From NCBI RefSeq assembly GCF_006345805.1, contig NC_043000.1, forward strand, positions 12,400,001 through 12,464,000: 64,000 bases of DNA, read 5' to 3'. Below the pieces are notes generated by a model. That model made no database searches, was not told the DNA's origin, and saw nothing but the letters and a program-made list of their open reading frames with translations. Below are positions 53,640 to 64,000 of this stretch, one piece after another (position 1 is the first letter of the stretch; each line of letters starts with the position of its first letter). This DNA comes from Octopus sinensis (taxonomy: Eukaryota). A program made the position numbers and the translations under genes.

Positions 53640-53950
53640 TATGTATGTATGTGCATATATACATGCGTGCGTGTATATACATATATATATAAAACATATA
53701 GCAGCGTACGAACACTTTGGTTTCTTGATATATATATATATATATATATAATGTATATATATATTTCTTTGTGTGTATGTGCATATATACATGTGTATGT
53801 GTATATACATACATATATATATATATATATAAAACATATAGCGGCGTACGGACACTTTGGTCTCTTATATATATATATATATATATAATGTGTGTGTCTA
53901 TATACATACATATGTGTGTGTGTATATACAGACACACACACATGTGTATG
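53640..53950. repeat. ~140-bp tandem duplication within microsatellite
   Basis: aaaacatatagc(a/g)gcgtacg(a/g)acactttggt at 53691 and 53831. Confidence 0.85.
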
Positions 53951-54451
53951 TCTGTAGGTATATATATCATCATCATCAACGTTTAACGTCTGATGCATGT
54001 GTGTATATATATATATATATATATCTGTGGTGTGTATATATATATATACCTGTATGCAGCACAGCATTGGTAACACCTGCAAAGATTGCACATACATAAT
54101 TGACACTTGCACATTGCACTGCACCAATAAACCTTATAAAACATTGTGGGCCTGAAAAATCAGTTAAATATATCTGCAGCTTATAAGCAATGCACCTGCA
54201 GTGTATTTTCGGGGTGGGTGAGGGCAAGGTAAATGTTCAGGGGTGTCAGGATGGAATCAACAATTAAATAGCTACATGCTTACACAGAACATTAAGACCT
54301 TAAACAAGTCACACATGCAAATGTATGCAGATTTTCAAACAATACAGATCTATATTTATGCTTGATTTTAAATTGGTGCCGACTGATATTATTGATACAT
54401 CTTGAACTTAGTGTTACACAAAATGTGCTGCATTGATGTAGTCAAAATATG

Positions 54452-54498
<47 letters not shown>

Positions 54499-54613
54499 AT
54501 TTAAATTGGTCGTGTTGCCTACGTGTATATATATATGTATGTATACATTTGTATATGTAAGTATTCGTATGTTGTATATATATATATGTGCATTTATGTT
54601 ACTTTCTGCGTGT

Positions 54614-54672
54614 ATTCCACTGATGAGGCAAAGCATTTCTAAATGCAAAGTCAGAAATCCGGGATCTGGAAT
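54614..54672 (+). ncRNA. Type-I hammerhead ribozyme motif, copy 1 (predicted cleavage after 54666, AUC)
   Basis: attcca-CTGATGA-ggc aaa gcatt tcta aatgc aaa gtc a-GAAA-tccggga-TC-tggaat. Stem I attcca/tggaat, branched stem II, short near-palindromic stem III. One extra A precedes GAAA. Confidence 0.65.
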
Positions 54673-55106
54673 TATCCAGTAATTTTTTACTAGTTTTATT
54701 TTGTCTTTTTGTCTTCTCTCTTTGTGCTGTATGAGCATTTAATGTGGTTTTAGAGTCAGATCCTGGCTGCTATTTTCAGCATGGCGGTATCTCGTAGATA
54801 CCCTAAATTATAATTTTAATAATAATTATTACCTTTGAAGGTCTCTATTTCCATGCTGGTCACTTGATAAGATCGTTATTTAATTTAAATTTACGATCTT
54901 ATCCTTATTTATATAAATTTAGATTTATTTCATCACTGTATTTACTGTGGTGATGTTTAAACCATATCACACAATGGAGTTACGAAGCGGGCAATTTAAA
55001 CTGGTTGTGTTGCATACGTGCATATATATATATGTATACATTCGTATATGTAAGTATTTGTATGTTGTATGTATATATATGTGCATTTATGTTACTTTCT
55101 GCGTAT

Positions 55107-55165
55107 ATTCCACTGATGAGGCAAAGCATTTCTAAATGCAAAGCCAGAAATCTGGGATCTGGAAT
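55107..55165 (+). ncRNA. Type-I hammerhead ribozyme motif, copy 2 (predicted cleavage after 55159, AUC)
   Basis: attcca-CTGATGA-ggc aaa gcatt tcta aatgc aaa gcc a-GAAA-tctggga-TC-tggaat; same fold as copy 1. Confidence 0.65.
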
Positions 55166-55411
55166 TATCCAGTAATTTTTTACTAGTTATATTTTGTCTT
55201 TTTGTCTTCTCTCCTTGTGCTGTATGAGCATTTAATGTGGTTTTAGAGTCAGATCTTGGCTGCTATTTTCAGCATGGTGGTATCTTGTAGATACCCTAAG
55301 TAATAATTTTAATATGTGTGTGTGTGTGTGTGTGTGTGTGAGTGCAATATATCTAAATGTAAGTGTTTGAGTTTATATATGCGTGAGAGCTGTAACAGTA
55401 TTGTTAACAGC

Positions 55412-55600
55412 TTAGGTTTCAAAGGCCCACAACTCTTCAACATCTCTGTCCAACAACCTCGGAGATCTGTGAGGTGTAGATGCGGATGTGTTTAAAGAAT
55501 ATTTGGGAAAACCTTCATCTGAAGTGCCAGAAGAATTAACTTCATGACAAGAAACACAAAGACGATCAGCTCTTTCCAATGCTCTCTCCTTCACTAGAAA
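55412..55600 (+). mobile_element. CR1/L2-group LINE ORF2 C-terminal remnant
   Basis: With one frameshift reads LGFKGPQLFNI/LSNNLGDL*GVDADVFKEYLGKPSSEVPEELTS*QETQRRSALSNAL. Confidence 0.55.
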
Positions 55601-56788
55601 GAGTTCTGAAGAATGGGCCAGGAAAGGAGTGTGAAATAAAATGCAATCGCACTAAAGGTAGTGCCCCAGCATGACCACAGCCTGTGGCTGAAATCAGTAA
55701 AAGTAACATGAAAGAGTGTAAGTGGTGTGTGTACTTGCATATGCATGTGTGTATTTATGCATTTTTACTTAGCATGCATTTATATATGTGTAGTGGGTGA
55801 CTCCGTGGTTAGAGCATTGGACTTACAATCATGAGGTAGTGGGTTCAATTCCTGGATCAGGCTGTGTGTGGTGTTCTTGAGCAAGACACTTTATTTCATG
55901 CTGCTCCAGTTCACTCAGCTGTAGAAATGAGTTGCAATGTCATTGGTGCCTTTGTATTGGCCTTTGTTTTCCCTTTGAATAACATTAGTGGTATGGAGAG
56001 GAGAGGCTGATATGCATGGGTGACTACTGGTCATCCATAAACGACCTTGCCCAGACTTGTGCCTTGGAGGGGAACCTTTTAGGAGCAATCCCATGGTAAT
56101 TCACGACCAAAGAGGGTCTTCAGTGGGTGGTCAGTGGAAGTGTGTGGCTTAGTTGTTAGGGTGTTGCACTCATGGTTGTAAGATGGAGGTTTCATTTCCA
56201 GGACTGAGTGACGCAGTGTGTTCTTGAGCAAAACGCTTCACTTGATGTTGCTCCATACCACTCAGTTGGCAAAAATGAATAATCCTGTGATGCATCATAT
56301 CCTGTCCATGGATAAATAATACATATGCTACCAAATCTGGGCAACCGGCCCTGTGAGTCAATGAATTGAGAAGAACCTTTGATCCTTTGAGTGGGTGGTC
56401 AGAGAAAGAGGAGGCTTGTCTTTGACCCGAAAGTGAACAATGTATGAGCAATACAAAGAAGTACAATATGAATGGTCCAGAAAATGGATTGCATGTGGCC
56501 CTGGAAGGGAAATGCATTTAGCTAAGAAAGGGAAACCCTGTCTGGTGTGTGTATAATTTCAAACATGGTGCCTATGGCAAACAGGATTATTATTGTTGTT
56601 GTTGTTATCATTGCAACATCACTAAAATCTTGGAATTTTGGATTAAGTTGTATTACATTTCTGGCAATAATGTGTGTTAATTCATATTTCCAAGTCTTCT
56701 TTTAACTGTAAGTAGGATCCCGTGGAAGTATAAATAGTTTCTTTTTGCTTTATCTCAAATTTAAAATATCAAAATATGTATGTATGTA

Positions 56789-56857
<69 letters not shown>

Positions 56858-56949
56858 ATATATATATGTATGTATATATATATATGTATGTATGTATGTA
56901 TATATATGCATGTATGTATATATATGCATGTATGTATGTATGTATGTAT

Positions 56950-57641
56950 CATCATCATCATCATCGTTTAACGTCCGCTTTCCATGCTAGCATGGGTTGG
57001 ACGGTTCAACTGGGGTCTGGCAAGCCCGAAGGCTGCACCAGGCCAGTCAGATCTGGCAGTGTTTCTACAGCTGGATGCCCTTCCTAACGCCAACCACTCC
57101 GAGAGTGTAGAGGTTGATTTTATGTGCCACCGGCACAGGTGCCAGACGAGGCTGGCAGACGGCCACGCTCGGATGGTGTTTTTTATGTGCCACCGACACA
57201 GGTGCCAGACGAGGCTGGCAGACGGCCACGCTCGGATGGTGTTTTCTTATGTGTCACCGGCACAGGTGCCAGAGGAGGCTGGCGAACGGCCACGCTCGAA
57301 TGGTGTTTGTTACGTGCCCTCAGCATGGAGGCCAGTCGATGCGGTACTGGCTACGGTCACGTTCAGATGGTTTTCTTATGTGCCACCGACACTGGTACCA
57401 TAAAGGATACAAATTTCATTGATGTACATCTATTTTGATTTGGTTTTGATTTTGATTTTGATTTTCACTTGCCTCAACAGGTCTTCTCAAGTGTCACAAT
57501 AAGAAAGGTATGCACAGGTGGACTGACTACGTCCCAGGTAGGGGCCACGGGTTATGGCTTCACTAGTCTTGCCGGGTCTTCTCACGTACAGCATACTTCC
57601 ATAGGTCTCGGTCTCTAGTCATTTCCATGGTGAGACCTCAA
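56950..57641 (-). mobile_element. 5'-truncated RTE-type LINE: ORF end, long 3' UTR, (GAT)n tail
   Basis: Minus strand encodes GLTMEMTRDRDLWKYAVREKTRQD* (RTE C-terminus-like); the UTR contains three ~63-bp tandem units (57124-57310). Confidence 0.7.
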
Positions 57642-57676
57642 ACAAATGTTTGTATGTATGTATGTATGTATGTATG

Positions 57677-57709
<33 letters not shown>

Positions 57710-57797
57710 GTGTATATGTATATATTTTTAGGTGCAATCCCATGGTAATTCATGACCAAAGAGGGTCTTCAGTGGGTGGTCAGTGGAAGTAAATATA

Positions 57798-57835
<38 letters not shown>

Positions 57836-58831
57836 TGAGCCTTAGGACTCACAAGGGTGCAGCTTAAACCAATCTCCATGGTGTATAAGTGACAAATGAC
57901 TGAAATTAGAGCACTCCTTCCTGAATGAGATGTCAGTCCATTGTAGGGTTAACTTCCCAACTATTGTTAGAACTCATTTACAGCTGAGTTGCCTGGAGCA
58001 AAGTGAAATGGAGCATTTTGCCCAAGAACACAATGCATTGGCCAGCTCAAGAATCAAAACCACAGCCTTACGATTGTGAGTGCAACACCTGAACCACGAG
58101 GCCATATGTCTTCACATGTATATATATATATATATATATATATAAAGGAAATGAAGAAAATGCTAAATATATATATATATATATATACATATACAATGCA
58201 AGCATGTAACACTCATATCCAGTACTTGGAGTTTCCCAGCAACAGCAGATAAGATTTTAGCCAATTTCGAGCTACTGTTTCATCAGTTGTCATGTGCATC
58301 TGTTATATGCAAGTGTTCCATCCTTGTATTGTATATTCAATTTAGTCCTCTATTTCAATATTGGGGTGTACTTGTATCATTTTTACACATATGGTTTGTC
58401 AATATATCTATCATATTTAAAAAAAATTCTGTAATAAAATACAGGTTCAGTCCCACTCCACAGCACCTTGGGCAAGTGCCTTCTTCTATAGCCTGGGCTG
58501 ACCAAAACCTTGTCAATACATTTGGTAGACAGAAACTGAAAGAAGCTTATATATATATATTGAAGACACCTACTCCTCTCCTTCTGTAACAGTTTCTTTA
58601 CCCAGTTTATACCCCACTCAGTTGAGGGGTCTTATCTTGTGGAAACTTGGCAACCTCACCAGTGCTGGTGCCACATATAAAGCACCCAGCACACACTGTA
58701 AAATGGCATTAGGAAGGACATCCAGCAGTAGAAACTTTGCCAAATGAAACATAGAACCTGGCAGAGCCCTCTTGCTTGTCTGTTCTTGTCAAACTGCCCA
58801 ATCCATGCCAGCGTAGAAAAAGGAACACAGA

Positions 58832-58870
<39 letters not shown>

Positions 58871-59385
58871 GCAATGACAGTGATGATAATGATGATGATG
58901 ACAATAATGATGTCCTGTGGTGTTCAGTTCTTAAAAAGCCACAGCTGACACTAGTGACCATTTGAATCCAAGAAATGACCCACTCCAAAAGGAGTTTAGC
59001 ATGTCCTGTATAGTATCAATGAATATTTTAGCAGAAAAATGTCAATAAATTGGATGTAAAGAAGAAACAAAAAAAAAAACTTTAAAGAAAGTTTTAAAGA
59101 ATTTGCTGCTTTTGAAGAGATTAGCAATAAAAGAAAGTTGAATAAATGAGAAGTTTAGTAATATGAATGGGCTGGAATGGGAGAGAGATAAAGTTATAGG
59201 TTAAGATATCATACAAGAATGAGACCTCATATAAAGATAAGTTGCTGAGATAAAGATACATCATAAAAGATAAGATAGAATTCAGTATTACAAGATACCA
59301 TATCATTTTATTATAAAAAAAACTTGATGATATGTTAGAGTTAAATTTAGAATAAGATTTACTAAGTATTAGACAGAATGATATA

Positions 59386-59472
<87 letters not shown>

Positions 59473-60002
59473 CACACATGCACATATATATGTATATATA
59501 CATGTGCATATATAAGCATATATATATATATATATAAAGAGAGGGAGAAGGAGAATGAAAGTTGAAATAGTTATTCTCAAAAAGATGTCAAGATAATGGA
59601 AGAAGATGTGAAGAAATCATTCTTGTTTAATTAAAAAGTAGCATATAGATATGAAATGTCTCCAAATCCCAAGGGCACTTTTAAGAGCTTGTGTTTAGCT
59701 CTGAGGTCATGGCATAAAATGATGAGAGATAGATCTCCCAATTCATCAATTCATAAGACAACAAAGTGTCACAGAAAACATTTTCAGATGATTCGGTAAC
59801 TATTATCAACAACCAAAGAAACTGAGATGATGTTGAATATAGTGTTTGCTGCTCCAGAAAGGCCTAGTTTGAGGCTCAACTTTCCAAATTCTTTTACAAG
59901 GCTTAGAAAAGCTGAAGGACAACTGCAATAAGTGTGTGAATCAGAGAGGAATATATTGAATAAAATCATAATTAATTGATCCTCCTGTATTTTCTTTTAC
60001 CC

Positions 60003-60033
60003 AAAGCCAGGAACTTTTCAGCACCCCCTCGTA
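60003..60033 (-). mobile_element. Isolated mariner TIR fragment
   Basis: Reverse complement reads TACGAGGGGGTGCTGAAAAGTTCCTGGCTT, a TA + CGAGGG mariner-type end; no partner TIR seen. Confidence 0.45.
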
Positions 60034-61903
60034 TGTATGTATATATATATACACACACACACACACGTGTGTCCTGGATATGATTTTAATCTATGTTCAG
60101 TAGTGGGAGCCTGGTTCAGGAGTCCCAGTGTTTTGAGTCATGTGGAAACACCACTTAACCACTGTTTTTCCTAGCTCTGCTCTGACTTGGACTGGTAGCC
60201 CCTTTCAGGGCCCCAACAGTGGGTTAGTTATTATGTTACAGAATTGCCTCCAGAAGAAAGTCGTTCATAGACACCTCAGTCTCATCTAAGAGAAGATAAC
60301 TCCACACCAATCCTACATGTACTGGGTTCAGGGCATTTGTTGCACCAAACAAATACAAGTTTGAAGGACAAGAGAGTAGGACTAGCTCTGCACAAGCCAT
60401 GCCTACTAAAATAAATCTCTACTGTTTTGCAGGGTAATTTATTGAGCATTTAAAAAAGCGAGTCTCCTGCAGAAAATTTAGAAGGAGGGACACTAAAAGA
60501 GATATTGTACATAATCAATATGTGGCATACCCTGTGGTGCTGTGGTTGCTACAAATGTATTGACTTGTCTTTCCTTTGTGATGTATCTATGAGTGGAAAT
60601 GTGGCAAGTATACTTGGGGAAAGGTGCATGACTCTGGAAACAGCCAAAGTACAGCAGAGGTGAATTAAGCTACTGTCTCTGCAATACCATTAACCAACAA
60701 CATAAAAGACTGCCCATGTACATTTGCTCATGCTTGAGTGAACACAAAATATTACCCAATGCAGCATTCCAGCAATTTTATTTAAAATACTATGAGTAAG
60801 TGAATAAGTGAATTATTAAGTAAAAGAATTTTAACGAACTGTCATGTATATCCAGTTTGGTTTTTGTCACATTTGCATTTTCTTAGTTTCAATATTTTTT
60901 CTATTTAGAAATGTCTAACCTTCACTATGTATTATTTGCAAACAAGGGAAAAATTCTCAATGTTGCTTCTAGTGACACAAGTTCAACAGATGGAAATATG
61001 CAGAGATTTTGTTGAAGAAAATGTTAAAAGTATTTTTAAGGAATTGAGGTAGGTCAGGTCTAGATAAAGATTTCTTGTGTTAAGTCAATCTGTGATTATC
61101 TCTGTTAAAATATGGAACAGGTAATTATTATGTAGGAGAAAAGAGATTTCTTTGATTGTGTTATTAATATCAATATAAGTTAATCTATCAGTTTATCTGT
61201 CTGCTTCTCTCTCTCTCTCTCTCTCTCACACACATACTGTGATGAGAAAAAATTTCTTGACAAGAGCATCAGTTTTTATCAGTGACATTCCTTATCACTT
61301 GTACCTATTTTTGCAGATTTATAATTAAATGAACTGAAGTATATAGATTAAAGCATTCTACTGAAGGCGTACTAAATACAATTACAAATAAATCGCTTAG
61401 CTAGGAAACCAATCTGTTACAAGTTACTTTTCCAGATGATCTGGTACCTATTTTCTGCAATTATAATTAAATGAACAGAAGCTTGTAGAATAAAGTTTTC
61501 TCCTAAAGGTACACTATGATTAAAAGTAAATCTCCTCTGGGATAGGACAGCAAGCTATTGCAAGTAACTTTCCCTTATGATTTGGGACCAATTCCTCTCA
61601 TTAAAGCTAGATAAAATGAAGCATGTTGACCAGAATAGACATAGTGTGACAAAGAATACATCTTTGTCTGGATAAGTTGCTGGTCCACCACATGTAATGA
61701 ACTGCTTATACCTATTACAGACAGCTTGGTAACTAGAGGAAATTTAGCATACAATGTTTTGTATGGGTGAGAAGCATGCTTCCCAACCATGTGATTTTGG
61801 GTTCAGTCCCACTGCACAGCACCTTGGGTATGTGTTTTCTACTTTAGACCGAAATCGACCAAGGGCTTGTGAGTGTAGTTAGTAGGTTGAAACTGAAAGA
61901 AGC

Positions 61904-61967
<64 letters not shown>

Positions 61968-63384
61968 CTATTTGTGTTTATGTGTGCCCTTGTCTAGACA
62001 TCATGTGATGGTCGTAACTGAGCATCATCATCATCATCAATGTAAAACATGCTTGGTCATGTTTGGAAACAGGTGAAAGTTGGTCCCAGGAGGGGCATCT
62101 GGCCATAGAAAAGTCTGCTTCAACAAATTCTGTCTGACCCATGCAAACAACAAAAAGCAGACGTTAAATGATGATGATGTATCTCCATACCACCTCAACC
62201 TCTACCCTTTGGGATTCTTCATTAAGCGTGGCAGGTCAAAGGATAGAAACCTAACTAATGTGGATGACCTCTTCCTGGAGGTAAAAAAAAATGGGTTTGT
62301 GTAGGGCCAACGTCCCTACCTAGGAAAAAGTAAAGTTACAGAAACTTCGATGACCTGAGAGAGGAAGGCTTTCCCTTACGGGGAGTGAGAGCTGAAGAAA
62401 AGCAGGGATTCATCTGGGGAGAAGCAGAAAAGATAGCCTGGAATTGGGAACAGTAGAGAGAAGTTGCCAATGGCTTATATTCTATAAGGAGCATAAGGAG
62501 AGCCCTATACTTGGTAACATGGCCTGCTTGAAATAGCAGCCAAATCCCACTGAAACCACACCCTCATATCTTAAAAAACAGAAGGACAAAATATAGGATC
62601 TGTCCAATGAACTGTCTCTTTTCTCCATATTTGGGGTATTTCTGCTAATGTTAGAAATTGCTATTGCTGCCTCCAGCATCAGCACCAACATCATTGTGAT
62701 TAAATTTAGCACTGAGTCACATTTCAGGCAATAACTCCAGTTTGTCACTGATTCTTATTTCACTGTGGTTAGAACCTCTCCTTATGTGCATATACACACA
62801 CGTGCACACACTCATGTGAGTATGTATTCATAAACACACACACACTAAAATGCTTATATTATACAGGTCTGTTTTACTAGATTTTAATTTTGCTTGATCA
62901 AAGGAGAGCCATTTCTAAATAACAATAACAACTTCAAAGATTTAATTATTATAAATTAATCCTAATTAAAACTGTTCTTCTACACCTCTTAGTAAAGATC
63001 CCCTTTGGTAATGAATGACCATAGGATTGCACCTAAAAAGTTCCCTTCCTAGGCACAAAACCAAGCATGGTTGTTTATGGAAGATCAGCAGTCGCCCATG
63101 CATATCGGTTTCTCCTCTCTATGCCACCAATGTTATCTAAGGAAAGGGAAAAGGCTGATACAACTGGCATGAGTGACGCTGCAGCTCATTTCTACAGCTG
63201 AGTGAACTGGAGCAATGTGAAAATAAAGTGTCTTGCTTAAGGATACAACTCATGGCCTGGTCCGGGAATCAAACTACCTCATGAATTTGAACCTGATACT
63301 CTAACCACTGAGCCATATGCTTATACCACTTATGGCTTTAAAATGTATGTAGGGACAATCACAAATGCAATAAATTAAATATAT

Positions 63385-64000
63385 CATCATCATCATCGTT
63401 TAACGTCCGCTTTCCATGCTAGCAAGGGTTGGACGGTTTGACTGAGGACTGCCAAGCCAAATGGCTGCACCAGACTCTACTCTGATCTGGCAGAGTTTCT
63501 ACAGCTGGATGCCCTTCCTAATACCAACCAATCCAAGAGTGTAGTGGGTGCTTTTATGTGCCACTGGCACAAGAGCCAGTTTGGTGGTACTGGCAATGGG
63601 CACGCCCAAATGGTGCTTTTTACGTGCCACCTGCACAGGAGCCAGTCCAGCGGCACTGGCAACGACCTCGCTCAAATGTTTTTTCACATGCCACCAGCAC
63701 AAGTGCCAGTAAGGCAATGCAAGTAACGATTATGCTCGAATGGTGCTTTTTACGTACCACTGGCACGGAGGCCAGTTTGTTGCTCTGGCAACGATCATGC
63801 TCATATGGTACTGTTAGCATTCCACTAGCATGGATGCCAGTCATCGAATTTGATTTCGATTTCATTTACCTTAACAAGTCTTCACAAGCAGTGTTTAGTG
63901 TCCAATGAAGGGAAGATATGCATAAATGGGTTGGTTACACCCCTGGCATAGGTCACGAGGTTATGGTCTCACTTGGGCTTGTCAAGTCTTCTCAAGCACA
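63385..64000 (-). mobile_element. Same RTE-type 3' end, running out of the window
   Basis: catcatcgtttaacgtccgctttccatgctagc tail and ggatgcccttccta motif. Shorter copies near 10216-10370, 10640-11000, 13280-13640, 21810-21930, 34420-34600, 50420-50530, 52420-52640 and 58590-58870. Confidence 0.7.

Larger units (their letters stand above)
54498..55314 (+). mobile_element. Retrozyme / Penelope pLTR-like element: two ~325-bp direct repeats, each with a hammerhead motif, around a ~170-bp core
   Basis: 54498-54823 aligns by eye to 54993-55314. Flanked by (TA)n on the left and (TG)n on the right; no ORF. Confidence 0.6.

Noticed and set aside
57100-57320. Regularly spaced ~63-bp repeats (CRISPR-like or protein-repeat-like)
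   Set aside because: Whole units repeat with no unique spacers; this is a tandem expansion in a LINE 3' UTR in a eukaryotic intron.
59784-59969. Unique-looking ORF as an upstream ASAP exon
   Set aside because: No ankyrin or ArfGAP similarity in any frame and no suitable phase-1 donor.

Overview
AT-rich, microsatellite- and SINE-dense eukaryotic genomic DNA. The repeat repertoire suggests an octopus (coleoid cephalopod); this is my inference. The only host gene I can support is the 3' part of an ASAP-family ArfGAP gene (ArfGAP with SH3, ankyrin and PH domains) on the minus strand. Eight GT-AG exons join in one uninterrupted frame (48485-48192, 39521-39482, 33249-33229, 20798-20778, 8670-8609, 7843-7725, 7197-7072, 4747-4673) and encode the Pro-rich region and the C-terminal SH3 domain. 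The BAR/PH/GAP/ankyrin exons are not visible and probably lie beyond 64000. Almost all ORFs in the supplied track are microsatellite or repeat artefacts. Four observations stand out. (1) Two type-I hammerhead-ribozyme motifs sit 493 nt apart in ~325-bp direct repeats, a retrozyme/Penelope-pLTR-like unit predicted to release a 493-nt monomer or circRNA. (2) A perfect 130-bp palindrome just downstream of the stop codon carries a hammerhead motif on both strands and covers the first AATAAA. (3) Two paralogous 21-nt microexons 12.5 kb apart have neural-splicing-type flanks. (4) A CpG-rich intronic island with a strong donor could start a short SH3-only isoform. Many MITEs (mariner, piggyBac, hAT, Ginger-like, unclassified), tRNA-SINEs and LINE remnants fill the introns.
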